Assembly: GCA_028281825.1 (NCBI GenBank)
Contig: JANQJC010000100.1
Location: forward strand, 9,854 to 73,853
Length of the DNA stretch: 64,000 nucleotides
Reading direction: 5' to 3'
Source: Flavobacteriales bacterium
Lineage (GTDB): Bacteria; Bacteroidota; Bacteroidia; JANQJC01
Of the stretch, positions 8,916-19,244 are shown piece by piece. The notes under the pieces were generated by a model that was given only the letters and a program-made list of their open reading frames with translations, was not told the origin of the DNA and searched no databases. Every line of letters starts with the position of its first letter. Within the stretch, counting starts at the first letter, position 1. The position numbers and the translations under genes are program-made.

Positions 8916-10876
8916 TATTGTGAGTCCCTTTTTCCCTTCAGGGCTACATTTAAGTTGTTTTTAAATAGTTGATTGTTAGGATTTAGCTCGACTGCCTTTC
9001 GCCCTGCTGCAATTGCTTCATCCCACATTTTTAACATATTGTAGGCGGAGCACATATTATTGTAAGCCACATCATAATCGGGTTTTAGCTTTAATGCTTC
9101 CTTACACGCTTCGATGCAATCCTTATACCTTTTTAGGTTGTAATATTCCAAACTTAGGTTTAAATATGCTTCAGCACTAGGGTTTTTCTTAATGACTGCT
9201 GCTTTGTCGTCTACTGAAAGTACTTTATCACCCCCCACTTTAAGCACAATATCGTAGTATTGCTGCATTCTGGCGTGTTGCGGGCTTAACCTCAATCCCT
9301 GAGAAAGGACATCTGCAGCTTCCTGATATCTTTTTTGGTCTAACAAAAATTTGCCATAGTAGCTGTAGCACTCGGGATTGTTAGGGTTAAACCTCATTGA
9401 ATTTCTAAAGCTGCTTTCGGCTGCCTTATTATCACCAGTAGCTGCGTGCAGAACACCCATATTAATGTAGGCATAAGAGTACTGGGGCCATAGTTCAATG
9501 GTCTTGTTGAAGCAGACCTTGGCACCTTCATAATCACCCTTTTTCATCAGGGCATTGCCATAATTCATCCACCCGCGTCCATTGAGTGGTGATTTTTCAG
9601 TTACATCTTTCCAAAGGGTTTCTCCACTGCTCCACACTTCATTGCGCATATAAGTACCTGTAGCATGTGCCATAATCGCTATTAAGGAGAGCATTAATGT
9701 TACAAAATTGAATAATTGTCTTGGGAACATGTCCACGTATTTATAGTATAACCTTGCCAATACCCAAACACCGGCTATTACCAAACCTATATAAGGGAAG
9801 AATACGCGGTGGTCATTTAGTACTTCAGCAAAAGGTACCACGGTGGTGGGTATCAAAGCCAAAAAGAACCAAAGAATACCATAGGTGATAGGGCGTGTTT
9901 CTCTTTTTATAGAAGCTTTGACTGCAATACCCAACATCGCTATAATAAAAGTAATACCTACCAGTACCCTATCATCAAAAGGGTTGGTAATCAATGTCCA
10001 ATCAGTATCGGCACTCAGGTTTACAGGAAGGACGAAATTATTGAAGTAGTGAACATATACAAAGGCTTGGGTTTGTATGTAGGTCCATTTGTCTTCGCTG
10101 CCTGAGGTCCAGGTCTCTGGGGTCATTTTTTGGAAAAAAACGAACATCCCGATGGCTATTAGACCAGCTGGAATAACATACAATGCCGGATACCAAACCT
10201 CTTTTTTGAAAAACTTCTTAAAAATCCCTCCGACACTTAAATCTTTCTCAAAGAAAACAATAAGGAAATAAAGCAAAGGGACAGCCATGGCGCCAGTTTC
10301 TTTCACAAAAAAACCAATAACCATGAACATGCAAAAAATGTAGAATTTGCGCCATTTGGGTAGATAGATATAGCTCACAATAGAGGCTACTATCATCAAG
10401 GTGCTAAAGGAGTCTGAGCGGGCTATGATATAGTTGATGGTTTCCGCATTGGCGGTGTGGTAGCAGAAAAAAGCAGCAGCTATTAGTGCTATCCACTTGT
10501 TTGCAGCATGGGGATAGGCTGCGTTAAATATGTATAGAAACAGAAAATAGAGCAATATCCCCAGCAGTACAAAGCTGATAAAGATGCTCAAGTGGAATTG
10601 AAAAGGCTCAGGTTTTTCTTTACCGCTCAACCAAAAATCAATGGCATTAAGAGTAGTTAATCCTGGCCTGTAAGCCTGATTGGCAGGCAAGGAGCTGGTG
10701 GTTGTAGCATCTTTGAAAAAGGTGGGAATGTTACTTATATCCCTTATTGCAGCATTGCTTTCAATGGTATGCGCATCATCAAAATGAAAAGGATTATTGA
10801 AGTGGTTGGAGTATACCAAAGTCAAGCCTGCAATGGCTATCAGTCCTGCTATTAGTAATTTGCTATCCAGTTTCAT
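8915..10876 (-). CDS. GT-C fold glycosyltransferase with C-terminal TPR repeats (TMTC/PMT-like; DUF1736-type)
   Basis: At least 10 predicted TM helices are present. A DD motif (PFHFDDAHTIE) lies in the first extracytoplasmic loop, as in PMT/ArnT/TMTC enzymes. The C-terminal ~250 aa carries TPR-like repeats (WMNYGNALMKKGDYEGA, AYINMGVLHAATGDNKAAE and others). Confidence 0.6.
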   Translation of the reverse strand: MKLDSKLLIAGLIAIAGLTLVYSNHFNNPFHFDDAHTIESNAAIRDISNIPTFFKDATTTSSLPANQAYRPGLTTLNAIDFWLSGKEKPEPFQFHLSIFISFVLLGILLYFLFLYIFNAAYPHAANKWIALIAAAFFCYHTANAETINYIIARSDSFSTLMIVASIVSYIYLPKWRKFYIFCMFMVIGFFVKETGAMAVPLLYFLIVFFEKDLSVGGIFKKFFKKEVWYPALYVIPAGLIAIGMFVFFQKMTPETWTSGSEDKWTYIQTQAFVYVHYFNNFVLPVNLSADTDWTLITNPFDDRVLVGITFIIAMLGIAVKASIKRETRPITYGILWFFLALIPTTVVPFAEVLNDHRVFFPYIGLVIAGVWVLARLYYKYVDMFPRQLFNFVTLMLSLIAIMAHATGTYMRNEVWSSGETLWKDVTEKSPLNGRGWMNYGNALMKKGDYEGAKVCFNKTIELWPQYSYAYINMGVLHAATGDNKAAESSFRNSMRFNPNNPECYSYYGKFLLDQKRYQEAADVLSQGLRLSPQHARMQQYYDIVLKVGGDKVLSVDDKAAVIKKNPSAEAYLNLSLEYYNLKRYKDCIEACKEALKLKPDYDVAYNNMCSAYNMLKMWDEAIAAGRKAVELNPNNQLFKNNLNVALKGKRDSQ

Positions 10877-11025
10877 TAGTGAGTATGAAAACGCAAATAT
10901 GGTAATTTGAACGGGAAACAGGAAAGATGATTATCAAGATAGGTTAAATTGCATAGTATTTTTGCGGCTCCTATATATAACACTTTGATAACGAATACAA
11001 GACCAACGCTGAGCCTGTTTTTTTC

Positions 11026-14000
11026 GTGTTTCTTCACAAGGCCATGAAAACACTATCTTTCTCTTTCAAAATATTGAGTCTATTTCATACCTTTATCCTG
11101 ATGTTTTCATCCATCAAAAAGGGTATAGCCATTGGCTGCATGCTATTTTTCGGTATGCAGTTTTGTGCATTGGCCCAGTTTGAAAACCATATTTGGTTTT
11201 TTGGCAACTCAACCACTGGTGTTCAATTCGACCAGACAACCAATCAGCCTGCTCCGTGGAATGTGCAATACACCCCTTGGGGTGGTGAGGGAACAGGTGT
11301 AGTTACTGACCCCATCACGGGGCAGTTGTTGTTTTACTCGGATGGAGCAAGGGTAATCAATGCCAACCATGTGGTGATGGCCAACGGTGGTGGTATGGTG
11401 GGCAATCCCTCCAGTGCACAGGCGGTGGCTTTTTGCCCTGTGCCAGGCAGATGTAATGAATACTATATTTTCTCCAATTCTGTAGGCTCTGGGTGGCCAA
11501 ATAGCGATGTGCGCTCTACTATCGTTGATATGAATGCCAATGGTGGCTTGGGTAATGTTCCTGCGGCAACCAAAAATATATTGGTAAGGTCAGGAGTGAA
11601 GGAAGGAATGATTATGATACCCCGCCCAGGCTTGGATGAATATTGGCTGCTGGGAACCAACCAGGCAAATGGTAGCTTTTATGTCTATAAAATTGATATT
11701 TCAGGTATCAATTTAGCTGGAACTTACACTTTTGGTAATTGCTCTTATACTTATAACATAAGATATAGCCCAGCATCAGGTAAGATATGTGTGGCTTGCC
11801 CAACGGGACAATATTTCTATACTTTGGATTTTAATGTTGCTACGGGAGTTTTGAGTAATTACCAAGTGATAGACAATATGCCCAACGCTTATGACTCAGA
11901 ATGGTCGGCGGATGGCACTAAGCTCTATTATTCGGCGTGGTCAAATGTGCAAATAAGGCAATATGATTACAACACTGGAACTATAACTCCGCTTTGGTCT
12001 TCTGCTAACTATGGCGGTGGTTTGAAAATGGCGCCAGATGGCAAGATATATCATATACCCAGCAACAATGGTACATTCTTATCTACTATTGATAACCCCA
12101 ACGCGGCAGGAGTGGCTTGTGGGTACAATCTTAATTCATACAACGCAGGAGGAGCAATTGGAGGACTCAAACTGCCAGAGGTACTAAGTGTAGATTATTT
12201 TAATATGGAGCTTACTGGTTTTTCAGAAAACGTAACTTGCAATGGTGCTGCCGATGGAAGGGCATGGGTAGATGTGGTGGGTGGTACGCCACCCTATACT
12301 TATGATTGGAGTGATGGGCAGACAACTGATACAGCTGTTGGACTTGGGCCAGGAATTTATGATGTAATTGTTACTGATGCTGTTGGATGCAGGAACATAG
12401 AGTTTATTAGTGGAGCACTGGAAATTACTGAACCTCCTGTATTGGATATCACAGCAACCATAGTGGATACGGTAAGTTGCAATGGATTGAGTGATGGCAC
12501 GCTTAATGCATCAGCAACAGGTGGCACACAACCCCATACTTACGCATGGAATACAAACCCACCACAAATTTCTCCAACAGCAACTGGAATAGGGGCAGGG
12601 CAGGTTCAAGCAGGAGTAATGGATGCAAATGGGTGTACCGATAGTGTAACTATTACGATGCCAGAGCCAACGGCTGTTTCATTAGACATTTCAGGAAATG
12701 ATGCTACTTGTTTTGGTGGTAGTGATGGTGATGCTACAGTTATAGCTACTGGAGGCAATGGAGGCTTTACTTATAACTGGGACACAAATCCAAGCCAAAA
12801 TACAGCATTAGCATCGGGCTTGGCCGCGGGGCTATATTCAGTTACAGTAACTGATAGTAAAAACTGCTCTGAAGATACTTCTATCACCATAAATGAACCA
12901 TCGGATTTAGTGCTATCCATGAGTATCGGAGCGGTATCTTGCGCTGGTGGTTCAGGAGGGACAGCAACGGTAACACCTCTTGGAGGAACACCTGGATACA
13001 CCTATCTATGGAGCACGAATCCTGCCCAGACTGCAGCTACGGCAACTAACTTACCGGCGGGAAGTTATACCGTTACAGTTACAGACGCTAATCAATGTGT
13101 TAAGACAGCAGATACAACGGTGGTTGAACCCACGCCTTTAGTTGTTAACAAGTTTGACTCAACAGATGTGAGTTGTAATGGTGGCAGCGATGGTACAGCC
13201 ACTGTAACTACCTCAGGTGGTACCATGCCTTATAGTTATACATGGACTGGCGGAGATACCGACTCGATAGGTAATGGTTTTTCAGCAGGCACAGCCACTG
13301 TAACTGTTACAGATGCTAATGCCTGTACTGAAGTGGCCACTTTTGCTATTAATGAGCCTCCTGTTCTTACAGCAACTGTGATTGACTCTGTTGATGTGAG
13401 TTGTAATGGTGGTGATGATGGTGAAGCTACAGTTCAAGAAAATGGAGGTGTCGGGCCTTACAGTTACACATGGTCCTCAAGTGGAAATGCAGCAACAGAA
13501 ACAGGATTAGCTGCGGGTACACACACCGTAACCATTACCGATGACAATGGATGTAATTCAATTGCAACGGTACTTATAGGTGAGCCTACTGCAATTGTGT
13601 TTTCGAGTTATGGAGATACAACAATTTGTATTGGGCAATCAGCAGACATGGGCACTAACACTAATGGTGGAACACCGCCGTATAGTTTTGCATGGAGTAA
13701 TAACGTTTCAGGAGCTACACAATCTGTGAGCCCGACAGTAACCACTGATTATACTGTGACGGTAACCGATGCACAGAATTGTACCGTGCCACCAGAAACA
13801 GTGAGTATTACCGTAAGGCTACCTATTACAGCTGCAGCATCTGAGCCAGATACCATTTGTGAGACATTCAGTACAACGGTGAGTGTAAGCGCAACTGGTG
13901 GTGATGGTAACTTCAGTTACTTGTGGGATAATGGTTTAAGTTCTGGCACGGGACCACACACGGTAAGCCCTGTATCCACAACTACATACACAGTTACGGT

Positions 14001-14841
14001 AACAGATGGTTGCGGAACACCTGCTGATAATGCTTCTGTAACGATATTGGTAAACCCATTGCCAGACGTAGCTTTCGAGGCTATTCCTGAAGAAGGTTGT
14101 ATGCCACTTGAAGTGGAATTCAGAAATCAAACCACTATATCATCAGGTAGTATTGCCAAGTATAATTGGAGTTTTGGTGACACAGTAACCAGTGCCGAAA
14201 CAAGCCCTGTGCATACTTATTTGCAAGATGGTGTTTATACCGTATCGCTAGTGGTAACATCAGCAGCTGGGTGTTCAGACTCATTGACTTATACTGACAT
14301 GATTACGGTATATCCTTTACCAACAGCAGGATTTACTTTTAGTCCGCCAGTAATAGATATGGCAAACCCCGTGATTGATATAAAAGATGCGAGCTCAGAT
14401 GCCATTGCTTGGGATTGGGACTTCGGAGACTTGACATTTTCCACTGAGCAAAGCCCAAGCCATGAGTACCCTGACTCGGGCTTGTATCAAATTACCCAAA
14501 TAGTTACTAACCAGTATGAGTGCACTGATACGGCAACAGATATGGTGCAAGTAGATGGGGCTTTTCTGGTATACATACCCAATGCCTTTACCCCTAGTGG
14601 TGACAGTGATAATGAGATATTCATTGAAAAAGGTATGGGCATCCAGTCAAGGGAAATGCGCATATATAACAGGTGGGGTGAGCAAGTGTTTTTTACCCAA
14701 CAGATGGATGAAGGCTGGGATGGTTTGCATCCAATAACGGCAGAACCCATGGAACAAGGGGTATATGTGTACTATCTGGAACTGCTCTCTATCCTTAATG
14801 AAAGCCACCAATACAGGGGCAAGGTATTACTCATCAGGTAG
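11026..14841 (+). CDS. Large T9SS-secreted cell-surface adhesin with SprB repeats, PKD domains and a type B (CHU_C/gliding-associated) C-terminal domain. The likely start is at 11101 (MFSSIKKGIAIG...)
   Basis: Six canonical SprB repeats (CNGxxDGxATV..GGTxPYTYxW) plus two degenerate ones are present. PKD motifs include YNWSFGDTVTSAETSPVHTYLQDGVYTVSLVVT. The C-terminal motif is PNAFTPSGDSDNEIF...IYNRWGEQVFF. A signal peptide is present. Confidence 0.8.
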   Translation: MFLHKAMKTLSFSFKILSLFHTFILMFSSIKKGIAIGCMLFFGMQFCALAQFENHIWFFGNSTTGVQFDQTTNQPAPWNVQYTPWGGEGTGVVTDPITGQLLFYSDGARVINANHVVMANGGGMVGNPSSAQAVAFCPVPGRCNEYYIFSNSVGSGWPNSDVRSTIVDMNANGGLGNVPAATKNILVRSGVKEGMIMIPRPGLDEYWLLGTNQANGSFYVYKIDISGINLAGTYTFGNCSYTYNIRYSPASGKICVACPTGQYFYTLDFNVATGVLSNYQVIDNMPNAYDSEWSADGTKLYYSAWSNVQIRQYDYNTGTITPLWSSANYGGGLKMAPDGKIYHIPSNNGTFLSTIDNPNAAGVACGYNLNSYNAGGAIGGLKLPEVLSVDYFNMELTGFSENVTCNGAADGRAWVDVVGGTPPYTYDWSDGQTTDTAVGLGPGIYDVIVTDAVGCRNIEFISGALEITEPPVLDITATIVDTVSCNGLSDGTLNASATGGTQPHTYAWNTNPPQISPTATGIGAGQVQAGVMDANGCTDSVTITMPEPTAVSLDISGNDATCFGGSDGDATVIATGGNGGFTYNWDTNPSQNTALASGLAAGLYSVTVTDSKNCSEDTSITINEPSDLVLSMSIGAVSCAGGSGGTATVTPLGGTPGYTYLWSTNPAQTAATATNLPAGSYTVTVTDANQCVKTADTTVVEPTPLVVNKFDSTDVSCNGGSDGTATVTTSGGTMPYSYTWTGGDTDSIGNGFSAGTATVTVTDANACTEVATFAINEPPVLTATVIDSVDVSCNGGDDGEATVQENGGVGPYSYTWSSSGNAATETGLAAGTHTVTITDDNGCNSIATVLIGEPTAIVFSSYGDTTICIGQSADMGTNTNGGTPPYSFAWSNNVSGATQSVSPTVTTDYTVTVTDAQNCTVPPETVSITVRLPITAAASEPDTICETFSTTVSVSATGGDGNFSYLWDNGLSSGTGPHTVSPVSTTTYTVTVTDGCGTPADNASVTILVNPLPDVAFEAIPEEGCMPLEVEFRNQTTISSGSIAKYNWSFGDTVTSAETSPVHTYLQDGVYTVSLVVTSAAGCSDSLTYTDMITVYPLPTAGFTFSPPVIDMANPVIDIKDASSDAIAWDWDFGDLTFSTEQSPSHEYPDSGLYQITQIVTNQYECTDTATDMVQVDGAFLVYIPNAFTPSGDSDNEIFIEKGMGIQSREMRIYNRWGEQVFFTQQMDEGWDGLHPITAEPMEQGVYVYYLELLSILNESHQYRGKVLLIR
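12231..13940 (+). repeat. In-frame tandem SprB-type repeats (~75-85 aa each) inside the adhesin gene
   Basis: The CNGxxDG...GGT.PY.Y.W unit recurs eight times in the translated sequence. The coordinates are approximate. Confidence 0.6.
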
Positions 14842-14886
14842 TTTTCCTATTAGTTATTTCACGCTATCTTTACGGCCATAATTATT

Positions 14887-15714
14887 ATGGCTGAAGAAGA
14901 ACAAGAAGGTAAAGACCTATCATTTCTAGGGCACCTGGAAGAGTTGCGATGGCATTTGATAAAGTCAGTTGCCGCTATAGTTCTTGTTGGTATTGTCGCT
15001 TTTTTAGCCAAAGGGATTGTTTTTGATACCATAATCCTTGCCCCTCAAAGTGAGGATTTTCCTACTTACAGGCTTTTCTGTTGGCTTTCCCATAAGTTCA
15101 ATCTCGGTGATGCCCTGTGTATCGGCAAGCCAGATTTTGAGTTGATTAATATTGAAATGTCAGGTCAGTTTACTACACATATTTTGGTGTCGATAGCTGC
15201 TGGTTTTGTAGTGGCATTTCCCTACGTGATGTTTCAAGTGTGGAGCTTTATTAAGCCAGCTTTGTATGAAGAAGAACAGAAATATGCAACTGGTGCAGTT
15301 TTTTTTACCTCTATTCTTTTTCTGCTGGGTGTAGGGTTCGGTTATTTTATGATAGCTCCATTATCAGTCAATTTCCTAGGTAACTATCAGGTGAGTGAAG
15401 CAGTGCACAACCAAATAAGCCTGAGCTCATTTATATCTACTGTTACCACGCTCACACTCTTAACGGGGCTTGTTTTTGAATTACCTGTTATCATGTATTT
15501 TTTAACAAGGGTAGGATTGGTTACTCCACACTTTTTAAGGCAATACAGAAAGCATGCACTAGTAGTACTATTGATTTTATCTGCCATCATTACCCCGCCA
15601 GATATCACAAGCCAGGTGCTGGTGTGTATTCCATTATTGATACTGTATGAGGTAAGTATTTATGTGTCAGCGGTGGTGATTAGAAACAGGGAAGAGAAAG
15701 ACCGAGGTGTATAA
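14887..15714 (+). CDS. tatC: Twin-arginine translocase subunit TatC
   Basis: LSFLGHLEELRWHLIKS is the N-terminal TatC signature. Six TM helices and ~275 aa. Confidence 0.85.
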   Translation: MAEEEQEGKDLSFLGHLEELRWHLIKSVAAIVLVGIVAFLAKGIVFDTIILAPQSEDFPTYRLFCWLSHKFNLGDALCIGKPDFELINIEMSGQFTTHILVSIAAGFVVAFPYVMFQVWSFIKPALYEEEQKYATGAVFFTSILFLLGVGFGYFMIAPLSVNFLGNYQVSEAVHNQISLSSFISTVTTLTLLTGLVFELPVIMYFLTRVGLVTPHFLRQYRKHALVVLLILSAIITPPDITSQVLVCIPLLILYEVSIYVSAVVIRNREEKDRGV

Positions 15715-15815
15715 AACAATAATAACTTCTTGCCTAAGCCTAAAAGAAAATAGTTGATTATCGCTATTTTTAGCCGATTCTTTCTTCAACCTAGCATAAC
15801 ATTTGGTGATAACCC

Positions 15816-18302
15816 GTGGGGAAACCATTTCACATACATCCATTTGTACTTAGGTGGTTTTGTTTGCTGCTGTTGTTTGTACTAGCCAACCAGGCATCTG
15901 CGCAGATAACCAAAGTAAGCGGACAGGTGGTAGACATTGAAACAGGGGAAGGGCTTTCTTTTGTAAACGTAATTTTTCAGAATTCAACCGTAGGAACCAT
16001 CACTGATTTGGATGGTTACTACAATATTGAGACATCATACCCTACTGATACACTTGTAGCTTCATTTGTAGGCTATGATGTGATGAAAATGCCAGTAGTT
16101 AAGCAAACCAAGCAAAAGATAAACTTTAACATGAAGAGCAGCACCTTTGAAATGGAGGCTGTGGTGGTTAAACCAGGGGAGAACCCAGCCCATCCTATTC
16201 TAAGGAATATTATTGCAAATAAGGACAATAACAACAAGGAGAAACTCAATTATTACCAATACGAAGTGTACAATAAAGTACAGTTTGATATCAATAACAT
16301 CACGGAGAAGTTTGAGAATAGAAAAGTGTTTAAACCCTTCAAGTTTGTATTTGACAATATAGATACTTCGGAGGTAAATGGCAAGCGCTACCTTCCTACC
16401 TTCATCACCGAATCGCTCTCAGATGTATACTACCGCAAAAGGCCTAAGTCTCAAAAAGAATACATCAAAGCGACGCAAGCATCTGGCGTGGATAATGAAA
16501 GTGTGGGGCAGTTTTTGGGAGACATGTACCAAAACATCAACATCTATGACAACTTTATATTGATTATTGGAAAGTCTTTTGTGAGCCCTATCGCCAATTT
16601 TGGTAAGCAGTATTACAAGTATTATCTGGAAGATAGTACCCATATTGGACAGCATTGGGCGTATAAAATCCGCTTTTTGCCTAAGCTCAAGCAAGAGCCT
16701 ACTTTTTATGGGGAGTTTTGGGTGGCTGATTCAACCTGGGCTATATTAAAAGTAGACATGAGAGTATCTGAGCAAGCCAATATCAACTGGGTGCAAGATG
16801 CCGTAGTGTATCAGGAGTATGATTTTGTAGCTGATAGTGCCTGGATGTTAACCAAAGATAGACTGGTGGTTGACTTTGCTGTTGGAGAAAATGGTATGGG
16901 GTTGTATGGCACCAAAACTACTACTTACCGAGACTTCAAGATTAATGAGCCTAAACCCGATGAGTTTTATTCAGGGGTGCAAAATATCATATTGGGGGAT
17001 AATGTTGATGAAAAGCCCGATGAGTTCTGGGAACAGCACAGGCATGAGGGCTTGAGTAAAAAAGAAGCATCCATATACCACATAGCGGATACTATACAAA
17101 CATTGCCAGCCTTCAAAACTTGGTACGATATTGTGAAGCTGGTAGTCAGTGGTCATTACGCAATCGGCAAGTTTGATTATGGCCCTGTCTACACCACATA
17201 CAGTTTCAATCAAATAGAAGGCCATCGCATCAGGTTAGGCGGCAGAACCAATAATGACCTAAGTACTAAGGTAAGGCTAGAAGGGTACGGCGCTTATGGT
17301 TTCAGAGACCAAAGATTTAAGTACGGTGGAGGGGTGCTTATATTCCTTTCTAAAAAACCAAGACAATTAATTGATGCCCATTGTGAATATGATATGGAGC
17401 AACTTGGGCAAAGCCAAAACGCTTTTAGGGAGGATAACCTTTTTGCTTCGTTTTTCAGGCGTAGGCCGTTTACCAAACTCTCCAGGGTAATGGACGTAAG
17501 TGGTAGTTATACTTTTGAGTGGTTCCCAGGTTTCTCACACAAGATTGGTTTTGTGCATAGGGAAATTTCACCTGCGGATACCAATTTTATTGCATACAAA
17601 TACACTGATGACAGTTTTAAGGATAATGAGATAATAACATCGGAAGCCCGCTTTGAAACACGTTTTGCCTTTGATGAAAAATTCATCGATGGTGATTTAA
17701 ATCGCTTGAGTTTAGGCACCAAATGGCCAGTTTTGCAGTTCCGTTATTCTTATGGATTAAAAGGTTTATGGGATGGCCAGTTTGAATATCACAAATTTGA
17801 CTTTAGTGTAGATGATTGGTTTAAGGTGGCGCCTGTGGGATACATATCTTATATCATCACTGCCGGTAAAACTTGGGGAACGCTGCCATTTCCACTGCTA
17901 TTCTTGCATCAGGGTAATGAGACCTATACCTATGACAGTTACGCATACAATATGATGAACTATATTGAGTTTGTAAGTGATGAGTTTGCGAGCCTTTCGG
18001 TTCAGTGGCACTTAAACGGATATCTATTAAATAAAATACCTTTGATGCGAAAATTAAGGCTGAGAGAGGTAGCTTCGGCTAAAGTGCTGACAGGGAGAAT
18101 GGTGCAAGACACTCGCTCCGTAATGGAGTTCTCTGAAGAGTTATACACCTTTGATAATGGGAAACCCTATATGGAAGTAGGAGTAGGTATAGAAAACATT
18201 TTGAACATTTTCAGGATTGACCTGGTTTGGAGACTATCCTATCTCAATCATCCAAACATAGAGCAAATAGGTATTAGAGGTAATTTCTATTTCAATTTCT
18301 AA
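15816..18302 (+). CDS. Carboxypeptidase-regulatory-like domain plus DUF5686-type beta-barrel protein (GTG start)
   Basis: Signal peptide present. A CarboxypepD_reg-like segment ([37 protein letters not shown]) is followed by a ~700 aa aromatic-rich region ending in Phe. The codon at 15816 is GTG. Confidence 0.5.
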   Translation: MGKPFHIHPFVLRWFCLLLLFVLANQASAQITKVSGQVVDIETGEGLSFVNVIFQNSTVGTITDLDGYYNIETSYPTDTLVASFVGYDVMKMPVVKQTKQKINFNMKSSTFEMEAVVVKPGENPAHPILRNIIANKDNNNKEKLNYYQYEVYNKVQFDINNITEKFENRKVFKPFKFVFDNIDTSEVNGKRYLPTFITESLSDVYYRKRPKSQKEYIKATQASGVDNESVGQFLGDMYQNINIYDNFILIIGKSFVSPIANFGKQYYKYYLEDSTHIGQHWAYKIRFLPKLKQEPTFYGEFWVADSTWAILKVDMRVSEQANINWVQDAVVYQEYDFVADSAWMLTKDRLVVDFAVGENGMGLYGTKTTTYRDFKINEPKPDEFYSGVQNIILGDNVDEKPDEFWEQHRHEGLSKKEASIYHIADTIQTLPAFKTWYDIVKLVVSGHYAIGKFDYGPVYTTYSFNQIEGHRIRLGGRTNNDLSTKVRLEGYGAYGFRDQRFKYGGGVLIFLSKKPRQLIDAHCEYDMEQLGQSQNAFREDNLFASFFRRRPFTKLSRVMDVSGSYTFEWFPGFSHKIGFVHREISPADTNFIAYKYTDDSFKDNEIITSEARFETRFAFDEKFIDGDLNRLSLGTKWPVLQFRYSYGLKGLWDGQFEYHKFDFSVDDWFKVAPVGYISYIITAGKTWGTLPFPLLFLHQGNETYTYDSYAYNMMNYIEFVSDEFASLSVQWHLNGYLLNKIPLMRKLRLREVASAKVLTGRMVQDTRSVMEFSEELYTFDNGKPYMEVGVGIENILNIFRIDLVWRLSYLNHPNIEQIGIRGNFYFNF

Positions 18303-18304
18303 GC

Positions 18305-19057
18305 ATGAAGTTAAGGGCAGATAATCTGGTAAAACAATACAAAAGCCGCGTGGTGGTAAACCATGTAAGTGTAGAGGTTAATCGTGGTGAGATAGTGGGA
18401 TTGCTAGGTCCAAACGGTGCTGGAAAAACAACTACCTTCTACATGATAGTGGGTTTGGTAAGGCCTAACGAGGGCAATATTTATTTGGATGATGAGAATA
18501 TCACCAAGTTGCCTATGTATAAACGTGCACAGAAGGGCGTGGGCTACTTGGCACAAGAGGCTTCAGTATTCCGCAAACTAAGCGTGGAAGACAACATCAT
18601 GGCGGTATTGCAGATGACCAGGCTCACCAAAAAAGAGCAACAAATGAAAATGGAAAACCTACTGGAAGAGTTTGGTTTAGGCCATGTGCGCAAGAATCAG
18701 GGAGATGTGCTTTCAGGAGGTGAGCGCCGCAGAACCGAAATAGCACGGGCCTTGGCGGTTGACCCCAATTTTATCCTGCTGGATGAACCCTTTGCTGGTG
18801 TTGACCCCATTGCGGTTGAGGACATACAAACCATAGTACATAGCCTGAAAGAAAAGAACATCGGTATACTTATTACTGACCATAACGTACACGAGACCTT
18901 GCGCATAACAGACAGGGCCTACCTGCTTTTCGAAGGCTCTATCCTCAAAGCGGGCACTGCAGAAGAACTAGCAGAGGACGAAAAAGTACGAAAAGTATAC
19001 TTGGGTCAAAACTTCGAGTTGAGAAAGCAAAACCCCTCTGAACGTCAACAGCAATAG
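18305..19057 (+). CDS. lptB: LPS export ABC transporter ATP-binding protein LptB
   Basis: Walker [15 protein letters not shown] signature LSGGERRR and Walker B ILLDEP are present. The ~250 aa size and acidic C-terminal tail are typical. Confidence 0.85.
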   Translation: MKLRADNLVKQYKSRVVVNHVSVEVNRGEIVGLLGPNGAGKTTTFYMIVGLVRPNEGNIYLDDENITKLPMYKRAQKGVGYLAQEASVFRKLSVEDNIMAVLQMTRLTKKEQQMKMENLLEEFGLGHVRKNQGDVLSGGERRRTEIARALAVDPNFILLDEPFAGVDPIAVEDIQTIVHSLKEKNIGILITDHNVHETLRITDRAYLLFEGSILKAGTAEELAEDEKVRKVYLGQNFELRKQNPSERQQQ

Positions 19058-19244
19058 AGGGTTATTAAAATACACGATGTTATTCAGCGATCAAGATTTT
19101 CCGTGAGTCCCTCGATGGTGTCGATAAAACTTTGTTTACTTTATAAATAAATTGTAATGTACACTCAATTTATAGTAAAGTGTACTTATTAGTTCGCAGG
19201 CATAGACCCGCAATCTCATACTAAAGGCCCTCATTACTAGCGAA

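Noticed and set aside
10955-10964. Possible -7 promoter motif upstream of the adhesin gene (TAGTATTTTTG)
   Set aside because: It does not fit TAnnTTTG spacing exactly, so it is left unannotated.
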